Part shown: one piece after another, positions 28,801 to 32,000 of the stretch
How positions within the stretch are numbered: position 1 is the first letter of the stretch
Layout: every line of letters begins with the position of its first letter
DNA from: Geobacter sulfurreducens PCA
GTDB lineage: Bacteria > Desulfobacterota > Desulfuromonadia > Geobacterales > Geobacteraceae
NCBI RefSeq assembly: GCF_000007985.2
Contig: NC_002939.5
Coordinates: 1,230,001 to 1,262,000, forward strand
DNA length: 32,000 nucleotides
Reading direction: 5' to 3'
Translations under genes and position numbers: made by a program
The notes under the pieces: generated by a model
Seen by the model: only the letters and a program-made list of their open reading frames with translations
Told to the model about the DNA's origin: nothing
Database searches by the model: none

Positions 28801-30969
28801 CTCATTGACCGCCACGGCGATGCCCACGCCGCTTCCCCCGGCGTTTTTGGCCAGGGCATTGGCCGAGATGTCCGCCGTGGCTGCTGCGTTCACCTCAACC
28901 GCCCCGGCTGTGGTGGTGGTATCGTTTCCCACCAGGGATGTGGTGACGGCGGTATTCTTCGCATGAACGAATACGGCATCAACGGGTTTGTTGGTAGAGT
29001 TTACGTCGGCAGTCACATTAATCTCGACGTCGGTGGTCGCCTTGACTGTTGCTTTGTTGGCGGCGGACAGTTCCGTTGTTCCATTCACCAGGGTTTTTGC
29101 TTCAACGGTGGATTCGCCCCATGCCGCCGAGAAGAGCAGGGGGCTGGAAAAGGTGGGTTTTGCCGCTGATATGCCCTCGGAGCTGATGGTAAGCGTGTCC
29201 CCGGCACTGATGAAGGTGGCTCCGCCGACAGTTGTGTGCGCCGTGGCAGTTGAGAGGGATACCAGGGGTATTTCGCTGAAGTCGAAGAGTTGATCATTGA
29301 GAAGCTGGAGCTCGCCCGTGACCGGATCCGGCAACCAACTCTGGTCGGTCAGCTTCAGAACACTGCCAAGAACGTTGAAGGTAAGCGAGGTGTCGGCGGT
29401 GCTGGTGATGGAGACCTTATTGCCCCTGATGTAGCTTTTCGCAAGAACCGTGGCCTGGTCGGCGTCCCGCAGGTCGTCGATGATCACTTCGGCGACGGCG
29501 TTCTTTTTGAACCCGGCCCGGGCGCCGGCCTTTGCCTCGATGGTTACCGCGCCGGTCCCTTCGATAGTTGTGCCGTACAGCTCGGTCTTGGCCGTGGCGC
29601 TGGTCGTGACTGCCAGGTACTCGCCGCCGGGTCCGTCGGACACCAGGTCGTCCAGTTCGCTGTTCAGATAGGCCTGTGCCTCATCCAGCGAGAGGGTCGG
29701 GTTCTGTTCCAGCAGATGCACGATCAGGGATGTGTCCGCAATGGACGACAGGGTCACGTTCCGGCCGCGAATGACGGAGTTCACTGCCCTGATGCCGGCG
29801 TCTGCGGTGCGTGATGCGCCGATGGCGTTGATAGCGGATACCTTGAGCAGCACATCGCCTCCCTTGGCCGGGTCGCTGGCATGGCCGGCCAGGAGACGGG
29901 CGCCGTTATTGAGAGTGATGTTTTGCCCGGCAAGGAGCTCGATGTTGCCGGCAAGGTAGTCGCCGCTGGCATGAGTCAGCAGCCGGGCGCCGGAGCCCAG
30001 GGTGATGGTTGGCGCCTCAAGGGTCAGGTTGCCCGAGTTGCCGCTCGAATTATCGGTCAACAGGTGCACGGCGGCATCGGAGGGATCGCCCTCGATCTTC
30101 CGGGTGGAGATCGTTTCGCCATCCGCCACGATCAGTTCCGTGCCGGCCTGGAGATGGAGCGACTGGCCCTTGCTGTAAATTGATCCATAGTTCTCGACGC
30201 TTTGAGCAGCCACAATTTCAATGCCGCCGTTGCGCGCGACGATGTTGTTGCCGCTTTCAAGTCCGTCCGCGTTGACCATGGCTCTGAAGAGCGAACCCGT
30301 GTCGGCTGCTGTCCCGTAGGTGCCGGTGGAAGTGATCGTTCCGCTGTTGACGACGCTGCCGCCGCTGAGGCGAATAGTGCCGAGGGCATTGATCTGCCCC
30401 CTGATCGAAATGAGCCCGTCGGGGTTTATGGGGACTGTGCCGTTCAGCATCATGGCGGCGGCACTTTCAGAGGGGACACCGGGGGCCAGGAAAAAGCTCT
30501 CCATGAATGACGTGGTGGGCGTCATGACGGACAGGGCGCCGACGTTGACGCTTCCCGACGCGCCGACCAGAAAGCCGTAGGGGTTCGCGAAGAAGACGTT
30601 ACCGCCGATGCGGCCGTCCTTGTAAGCGTTGAGGATGCCGTCGATGGTACTTGCCTGGCCGTGGACCAGGTTCAGGAGGTTGACGGCGCTGTCCGGTACG
30701 TGAAGGTTGACCACGTTACCCCGGTAGACGTCGAAGGTCTGGAAAGAGTTGTAGGCATTGGCGCCACGGACGGTGGAGGTGGTGACGTCAGTGACGTTGT
30801 CCCTGATGGTGAGGGAGGTGCCGGTTCTGCCATCGGGAACGATCTGGGCGGGGAAGGCCTGGGGCGGGAGAGAGAGGGTCAGTGCTGCGCTGAGAGAAAC
30901 CAGTTTTCTGAAGGTGCTGCGTTTGCCGGTAAAGGCGCCAAGTGTCCTTTTGGCTCGTTTTCCGTTCAT
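16828..30969 (-). CDS. Giant TpsA exoprotein (4,713 aa): filamentous-hemagglutinin-type N-terminal TPS domain with very long beta-helical repeat arrays
   Basis: GGAGG (plus-strand cctcc at 30976-30980) lies 6 nt before ATG 30969. The track's start at 31080 adds 37 implausible residues. Basic N-region plus hydrophobic signal peptide (...KLVSLSAALTLSLPPQAFPA|QIV). TPS-domain landmarks: AYNSFQTFDV, VNLLNLVHGQASTIDGIL, GGNVFFANPYGFLVG (the NPNGI-equivalent). Thousands of residues of G/A/T/S/V/N/D-rich repeats follow. By eye there is only one Cys (RVRPCHLQ). A TpsB gene follows immediately. Confidence 0.93.
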   Translation of the reverse strand: MNGKRAKRTLGAFTGKRSTFRKLVSLSAALTLSLPPQAFPAQIVPDGRTGTSLTIRDNVTDVTTSTVRGANAYNSFQTFDVYRGNVVNLHVPDSAVNLLNLVHGQASTIDGILNAYKDGRIGGNVFFANPYGFLVGASGSVNVGALSVMTPTTSFMESFFLAPGVPSESAAAMMLNGTVPINPDGLISIRGQINALGTIRLSGGSVVNSGTITSTGTYGTAADTGSLFRAMVNADGLESGNNIVARNGGIEIVAAQSVENYGSIYSKGQSLHLQAGTELIVADGETISTRKIEGDPSDAAVHLLTDNSSGNSGNLTLEAPTITLGSGARLLTHASGDYLAGNIELLAGQNITLNNGARLLAGHASDPAKGGDVLLKVSAINAIGASRTADAGIRAVNSVIRGRNVTLSSIADTSLIVHLLEQNPTLSLDEAQAYLNSELDDLVSDGPGGEYLAVTTSATAKTELYGTTIEGTGAVTIEAKAGARAGFKKNAVAEVIIDDLRDADQATVLAKSYIRGNKVSITSTADTSLTFNVLGSVLKLTDQSWLPDPVTGELQLLNDQLFDFSEIPLVSLSTATAHTTVGGATFISAGDTLTISSEGISAAKPTFSSPLLFSAAWGESTVEAKTLVNGTTELSAANKATVKATTDVEINVTADVNSTNKPVDAVFVHAKNTAVTTSLVGNDTTTTAGAVEVNAAATADISANALAKNAGGSGVGIAVAVNESTTTTTATLGGNVTADAGNVTVKATTDITKNNTGADAATLGNPNTISARITDFQAGIKRNVTKGIIDATGLLKPETSERITGFIFPGIKEGTFNLSGAVTYSKSVNTTTAAIAPDATVQAQGNIDVTARIDDRPNASVGSKATSTGTAIGGAAVIADFTNNASASIGTGASVDATGSLLVDAQTVVPYPWQIDWDSPVTILNHLQDGILDLLLTSYAINSAGGKSGMGLAAAVSVFNLENNANAWIDEGARINTVFDKDAMTLPNQIVTVHAKNDISTVNAVGLLSKKFLGTSGGKAAIGGSGNIIDIRENATATIRGDSVVKSESTIDVKAENVNHLVTVTEAGGSSDQVGVEGAVSINTITGGAVAAIDDDADVDAGGNISVEAKGTAKTISVAGGVVATKGQVGIGFAVSLNTIDTDASAYIGNYDPLQQDDVPALGQVSTDGSLTVKATSSNEIGAYSVTGALATNSTAQTEVPKDAQETKDGAGSVAGSSGSGKGTFGIAVSGDASVNDITSDTLAYISDGATVSQAGNATLSATNTLAVNALAGAVTISTQQEGNGLAGSYSQNTLGGTTAAYLDDASLTISGDLDMDAQVNGEINTISASVQGTKGKVGVAGSVSVNEITNTTQTYLTGSTVRGVEAVDLTARDDSIIKSIAGAVSYGGKAGIGLSFAWNSLDNLTQAYVDTSALTATGDITVSATTNNAIDTISAALGASTGDMAGEAAVSVNTLSNETHAWISGQNNGSGVESVGSISLAADDQSRIFAIAGGLAATSGKAAFGLSFAWSDVSNIVDAGIRTGADVESTSGNVEVAADSTTRVQAFAVGGSFASKVGIGGSVSVAEGTNSVTATIDGTSGVTADGNVLVTASDDVDIFSLAGNVAGAGSAAIAVANSTLVTHNLVEATLGAGATVSARGNGTAGRIYTGDKDASGNRTKEDVTGLAVSAASFENLQTIAAGGAGGGKVGIAGSATVTVLDEKTYATVGQGAHVNDADDGDAAQNVLIRASDRTGLLGVAGAVAFGGSGGVGAGADVGVITKDTEASIASSAQTPTTVKAKGNIVVTADSSEDITSVAASLSAGGSAGIAGSASVYDLGLNTAATIGNSAVVRADGSVAVSAHDGTEMDMIAGNGAFGGTAGVGASAAVQVITKTVIAAIGEQADVTGRGTGDGVVVADGGFAVSYGADSGDEGEIRAPTTNGSGSDSGALTGQRSAPPSTRTVNGVAVTATNQDDIESISATGSIAGTAAITLAGNVNAITTTTSATIGTGATVNQDTAAADAGQSVLVAAGNDYYHMGVAGSGSGAGAVGIGVGADVTVANLTTTADIGEGALVSAAKDVEVSALAGEEVLSISASLGVAGTVGVSGSVSVLSIDNTTSAGTGTDSMVDAGGNVRIAARDDTETDMIAGTVAIGIGGAGVGGAVGVTSVSKETTATVGSNATVNARGNDTGSMTAYTGDDSDTTGQIRGLSVEAASSEDIFSVAAAGAGGFYAGVSGAVTVQTVDSATRASIGTNASVNEGVTDGHDEQDVNVSARNSARTNVITGALGVGALGAAGGVDVGAIRNDTSASIADGAQIYANRDVEVNALAKTEIDSVVVSAAGGLGAIAGGVAVYSVGTGLEQEAKDQLKSDGGDFADVNSYADDQASDNSIGTLLTGSGDSRIRSIAADAQAKRSDVAVTDQLNNQTPRGTAAFIGGAAVEAGRHVDVSARRTVDADILAGAAAGGALGLGAGIGIVNVSGSTQAYILGSGRANAAGNILVSANTDATGTVDAYVGTGGIVAVNAALAIYNDTASTSAYLGDGGVIDRADQVDINATGLHTVTAHTFGVSAGAAAGGLSLAKARVGGTIDASVGEDTRIGQDSRNTGDTVGSLSVSAQTITNGTARSEAAAGGILSGQGSIATADIGPTVTAEIGNRTAARVDTDVAAMATATVTGTATANGASIGALGVGVSEATARTMPVVRATIGDETVITAGQDVTVSGTATTTATTHATASAGALIGIAGTTSTATGLPQVNTAIGSGSTIEADRAVSVTATTTNSASSDASGWIGGLAAFGSNTATAVTAVPLYDAQGRFISWFGSTTGALIGGNTAITTDSVNVAATSSNVALADSRAGAGGGIAGVTTRAETIQVNTTTAAIADSSDDNARKIHATNSIAITADALTTLNAFADSSTAGLVGVSGARTDNAATSVVEASVGTNNALEAGTDLAVLALNEIVKYSPQRPANLTSGAGGVFGGAAGQSSTSLSTFTTATLAGNTISGSDQTISAGGDLTVAAENAVLATDMAQLSAGGLIAVADVRSAITSDNTATATIGANANVHAGNDLNVLAKTNANVQTTTNTSTWGFAAGGDGTALNTVVADNDVVVGTNAALSADNDIDLFAGQGLSDLQNSLISRADARSWVSGAIPVSDVTGWAYLYDFNDILIDTGSNLKAGRDINLGAFSGLATVEGYAKAKKKSYLLFGIPITIYSNGSRRSWFFNHEGTDVSGPSVTVNGTLESGLNRHKTLVIGPDGTVVGGTLTSADYEQTTINLRDKVLDKKAKLDAKIAEIDPSGTYPNLPEGDKILYDALKTEVQILEQKLAEWEGKSNAELTVPLIAVKDLMTGSGDINITTTTLKGTGTLKVPGTDFMIRIDNNSLAHLELNDLEIPKSASGNVNLNGKAITSHSYGGETLQIVAGQNLGRRIEIFNNAYLDDFPGALTPSDIVLKGDIINYGGRVSIRNNSGSVAVGGNIIADDLDMVMQGGFVREWQPGLYQPGHLIAGNNIYISGEILDINDTIQSGIPYRYITIPEFDPETLGPDMVIPTIGDELSVAKWDPVNQRIVIYRVDFGGGKVELFGNIVSTTGTGALKVMDGYGEIVIENLSSRDVVINTLDVGPRVDGQIKIVDTGRKYTDNGIYVGDNNQLLTLITGNGDALNVSQGYQLWDAATRKFIYTELDSHKADSRSSSYAPHAGARVATFSDWTITEKDVAAAWDNWWTTRFTAGNFWLQFALMVDAGMKQAILDQFGKKADNPIGIEFLGNLDEGRISIFNSGAAGPSDIYLNGSIRNTVGNVSIRNDRGGIYSLNDTYLVTGRNIALTATEGSIGTLDQGIRTDTVGGSLRATAGGLINVEEVEGDLVIDTVTTTGDVRLVSAGSLRDGSGTSPSITGTNISLTATAGGIGTGDNALVVNADGILTAESLHSIYLTEKEGNAHINRIASREGDVVLTVDGGLEDYNFNEGLDDDTKDKLLTTWDDLKLTDDTKVQQSIDQYKEQKKSQYQAAHRLSDNGTPFDPSDDQYDATYDPSWQYTLTATEQSEFNEGVWTADELLNAKNLTTIPELGKTEVLIEEANVSGRNVTIVTGAGVGSVLADEVISADAISNGTVTPDQRIMVARAEKDDITIDNGNLIVQLKNDVDVRASQSVTIQSRDHVYLGAETDVNIDRVDAGNGDIRLKIVGGIINGRTDDEANLIGRDLILEASAGGVGSAARPLVTDLSLGGVLTARARDGIFIREAGGDISADSIISQNGAVELTVANGSAAIGQISAPGHVLLEVSGNIVNGRDDNGVNIIGDDLIIESSAGGAGTSANALVTDLSGNGVLTAWVRDDLFLEERNGDLTIDTIASTNGAVELSVAAGSAIVGGITAPRRIRMTASANIVNGRDDGRENLITDDLSLEAAGGSVGSAEKFIVSRLRPAGILTGLSQDSFFLEEQGGGLTVDSVVSQTGSVHLTVPDGSVDADHISAPGTVSIRANGPLLTVHRVDPTVLDVRNTFSGGTIVVGQADVAESVMARGDTVLLGEIHHTGSGTLHFDVDGGSKTMADMVRIGTDSNTAIDFDHLSSDTAVITADVDNLSLFDTRIGNRGDFSNSLYHVIVGNRDKRVRPCHLQLYATEPFSLTMTADKRFTTTAFAVNYDPHFVVNGFSTENSVVGTTEKMIWTGKRQNRLYYDPMEPGSRPWQRHMAPSGHDAVDIQPGAVGIDASDSLLEADTVKVLTGNTGANR
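17599..18489 (-). repeat. Three in-frame tandem repeats of 297 nt (99 aa each) inside tpsA
   Basis: Units begin DIRLKIVGGIINGRTDDEANLIGRDLILEASAGGVGSAARPLVTDLS..., HVLLEVSGNIVNGRDDNGVNIIGDDLIIESSAGGAGTSANALVTDLS... and RIRMTASANIVNGRDDGRENLITDDLSLEAAGGSVGSAEKFIVSRLR.... Each ends ...ISAPG or ITAPR. Hand alignment of units 1 and 2 gives about 55 of 99 identical residues. Confidence 0.85.
21700..28850 (-). repeat. Degenerate Gly/Ala/Thr/Ser/Val-rich repeat array (predicted beta-helix shaft) inside tpsA; boundaries approximate
   Basis: Dozens of roughly 50-60-aa units share the pattern G-x-[AG]-G-[IV]-G-x-[SA]-x-[AS]-[VW]-[NS]-x-[IL]-x-N-x-T-x-A-x-[IV]...G-[ND]-[IV]-x-[VL]-x-A...[IV]-x-[SA]-[IV]-A. 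Examples are GGSGVGIAVAVNESTTTTTATLGGNVTADAGNVTVKATTD, GKAGIGLSFAWNSLDNLTQAYVDTSALTATGDITVSATTN and GKAAFGLSFAWSDVSNIVDAGIRTGADVESTSGNVEVAAD. Confidence 0.7.
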
Positions 30970-31052
30970 GGAAAGCCTCCCACTGCGCCGTGCCGGTGCA
31001 GATGACCCGTCCTGGGTAGAAATGGTATGAGATTTTGAATGTATGCATTTTA

Positions 31053-31080
31053 ATAATACGTTGATTGTCCGAAGAGTCAA
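31053..31080 (-). promoter_or_regulatory. Sigma70-like promoter for the tpsA-tpsB operon (TTGACT-N16-TATTAT on the minus strand)
   Basis: The minus strand reads TTGACTcttcggacaatcaacgTATTAT (plus-strand agtcaa 31075-31080, ataata 31053-31058). It sits inside the only markedly AT-rich patch of this region and predicts a 5' UTR of about 75 nt. Confidence 0.45.
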
Positions 31081-31127
31081 TGGGTTACTGCGGGCCAGCT
31101 GGTGGTGGCGATGAGAAGTGCAACGAA

Positions 31128-31151
31128 AAAGGGAGCCGAACGGCTCCCTTT
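31128..31151 (-). terminator. Rho-independent terminator downstream of the glutaredoxin-like gene (minus strand)
   Basis: The minus strand reads AAAGGGAGCC-gttc-GGCTCCCTTTTTCGTTGC, a GC-rich 7-bp core stem followed by a T-run, 30 nt past the stop at 31181. The sequence nearly duplicates the terminator at 15087-15124. Confidence 0.8.
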
Positions 31152-31180
31152 AGGTTTCGGAATATCTCCGACAAACGGTA

Positions 31181-31552
31181 CTATTTCTTGGACTGGACCT
31201 CTTTTACCGCCTTTTCGAATGCTTCGGGACTGAACCCCTTGAGCACCTTGTCATTGCCGATGATGATCACCGGCACGCCCTGGCTCTTGTATTTCTTCGT
31301 CAGCTCTTCCATCGCCGTGGCGTCCAGTTCCACGTCTTTGTTGATGAACGGAATGTTTTTGGTTGTGAAGTACTCCTTGGCCTCCTTGCAGTGGGGGCAC
31401 CACGCCACCGAGTAGAGAACCACCTTCGGGTAGGTCTGTTTTTTGGCGGACGCGTCGATCTTGCTCTGGGTGGGAGATACGTCGGCAGCCAGAACCGGCA
31501 CGGCCAGAGCCGCAATCGCCAGAACGCATGCCGCAGTGAATATTTTACGCAT
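31181..31552 (-). CDS. Exported glutaredoxin/thioredoxin-fold protein with a CPHC active site
   Basis: AAGGAGAA Shine-Dalgarno lies upstream of ATG 31552; the track's start at 31687 adds 45 unlikely residues and would overlap asnS. Signal peptide MRKIFTAACVLAIAALAVPVLAA. Glutaredoxin-like core: VVLYSVAWCPHCKEAKEYF...GVPVIIIGNDKVLKGF. Confidence 0.8.
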   Translation of the reverse strand: MRKIFTAACVLAIAALAVPVLAADVSPTQSKIDASAKKQTYPKVVLYSVAWCPHCKEAKEYFTTKNIPFINKDVELDATAMEELTKKYKSQGVPVIIIGNDKVLKGFSPEAFEKAVKEVQSKK

Positions 31553-31644
31553 GAATCTCTTCTCCTTTGCTGTACAATTGGCTTCGTCGTTCCTCCAGAC
31601 TATACCGAAGGGGAAGGGCAAGTCAAATGGGTAGGGGACACGCC

Positions 31645-32000
31645 ATGAACGAGCGGATACGGATACGGGAGATACTGGCCGGAACACCAGCCGGTACGGA
31701 AGTGATCGTCAAGGGGTGGGTCAGGACGAGTCGCGTCGGCAAGGGGGTTGCCTTTCTTGCGGTGAATGACGGATCGTGTCTGGCGAGTCTCCAGGTGGTG
31801 GCCGAACCGGGACTCGCCAACTACCATGAGCTGCGGGGCATCGGCACCGGCGCCGCCGTGGCGGTCCGGGGGATCGTTGCCGAATCGCCGGCCGCGGGGC
31901 AGGCCGTCGAACTCCACGCGACGAAGGTGGTCGTGGTCGGAGGCGCCGACGAACAGTATCCCCTGCAGAAGAAGCGCCACACCTTCGAGTACCTGCGGAC
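31645..32000 (+). CDS. asnS: Asparagine--tRNA ligase, N-terminal part (3' end lies beyond the window)
   Basis: This ORF is not in the supplied track because it runs off the window. Translation from ATG 31645 gives MNERIRIREILAGTPAGTEVIVKGWVRTSRVGKGVAFLAVNDGSCLASLQVV...EQYPLQKKRHTFEYLR. It closely parallels the E. coli AsnS N-terminus as I recall it ([24 protein letters not shown]...KRHSIEYLR). Confidence 0.85.
   Translation, partial: MNERIRIREILAGTPAGTEVIVKGWVRTSRVGKGVAFLAVNDGSCLASLQVVAEPGLANYHELRGIGTGAAVAVRGIVAESPAAGQAVELHATKVVVVGGADEQYPLQKKRHTFEYLR

Noticed and set aside
17687-29814. Many long plus-strand ORFs antisense to tpsA. Examples are 22822-25011 (729 aa), 27790-29169 (459 aa), 21572-22591 (339 aa), 17687-18544 (285 aa), 19966-20817 (283 aa) and 22604-23368 (254 aa).
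   Set aside because: Their products are low-complexity, rich in Gly, Arg, Ala, Asp, Pro and Val, with no domain-like motifs, starts or ribosome-binding sites. They lie opposite a continuous 14-kb ORF with strong family signatures. tpsA is dominated by GCC, GGC, GTC, ACC and GAC codons, whose reverse complements are also sense codons. Stop-free antisense frames are therefore expected artefacts.
16828-30969. Possibility that TpsA is a CdiA-type contact-dependent inhibition toxin.
   Set aside because: It is not supported as such. I found no VENN or comparable pretoxin boundary by eye. There is no small immunity-like ORF between tpsA and tpsB or after tpsB before the terminator. I keep it only as an alternative under the C-terminal-domain finding.
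16828-30969. RGD tripeptides in TpsA (IRGDSVV and VMARGDTVLL), reminiscent of the FHA integrin-binding motif.
   Set aside because: A tripeptide is expected to occur by chance a few times in 4,713 residues rich in Gly and Asp. There is no eukaryotic-host context for this type of organism.
16936-31048. Shorter alternative-frame ORFs on the same strand as tpsA or opposite it. Examples are 17301-17711(-), 20204-20542(-), 20705-21040(-), 30788-31048(-) and 16936-17730(+).
   Set aside because: They are fully nested in the giant CDS, have Arg/Pro/Gly-rich nonsense-like composition, and show no independent translation signals.
30970-31080. The N-terminal 37-aa extension of the tpsA ORF in the track (MTLRTINVLLKCIHSKSHTISTQDGSSAPARRSGRLS).
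   Set aside because: The internal ATG at 30969 has a GGAGG Shine-Dalgarno at ideal spacing and is followed at once by a classical signal peptide. The extension would also overlap the AT-rich putative promoter.
31553-31687. The 45-aa N-terminal extension of the glutaredoxin-like ORF in the track.
   Set aside because: ATG 31552 has an AAGGAGAA Shine-Dalgarno and starts a signal peptide. The extension has Pro/Phe/Arg-rich non-protein-like sequence and would overlap the asnS start on the other strand.
31600-31980. 126-aa minus-strand ORF and other small ORFs overlapping the asnS 5' region.
   Set aside because: They are antisense to a confidently recognised asnS reading frame, have Arg/Gly/Pro/His-rich composition, and have no ribosome-binding site.
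1-32000. CRISPR arrays, tRNA or rRNA genes, transposases, integrases and phage genes.
   Set aside because: None seen. The only repeated DNA is the intragenic tpsA repeats, the MCP paralog segments and the two terminator hairpins.

Overview
All calls come from reading the sequence and the ORF track by eye; no similarity search was run. The window is GC-rich, gene-dense bacterial chromosome. Its gene content suggests Geobacter or another Desulfuromonadales member, which is inference only.

Left to right on the + strand:
- A chemotaxis-type signalling cluster: two MCP paralogs (the first cut by the window edge), then cheW, cheR, cheD and cheB.
- Two paralogous orphan periplasmic substrate-binding proteins, coupled to a Cache/HAMP histidine kinase and followed by an EAL+HDOD protein.
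- A hopanoid side-chain module (hpnJ-like radical SAM, hpnK-like YdjC) with an overlapping small 4-TM EamA/DMT protein.

On the - strand:
- A roughly 16 kb two-partner secretion (TPS) operon fills half the window. It encodes a 4,713-aa TpsA exoprotein followed directly by its TpsB/ShlB-type transporter.
- This operon is bracketed by two near-identical terminator hairpins.

The window ends with an exported CPHC glutaredoxin-fold protein (- strand) and the 5' end of asnS (+ strand).

The best candidate for something undescribed is the giant TpsA. It has a composite architecture: TPS domain, about 2,400 aa of Gly/Ala/Thr/Ser/Val repeats, an aromatic-rich non-repeat core with a coiled coil, a second repeat class including three 99-aa tandem copies, and a unique 256-aa C-terminus. 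I saw no VENN-type toxin boundary, and there is no room for an immunity gene.

Secondary candidates are the SBP-SBP-kinase-EAL/HDOD module, which has no response regulator, and the hpnJK-plus-DMT trio, which has no hpnI.

I saw no CRISPR array, tRNA or rRNA gene, transposase or integrase.
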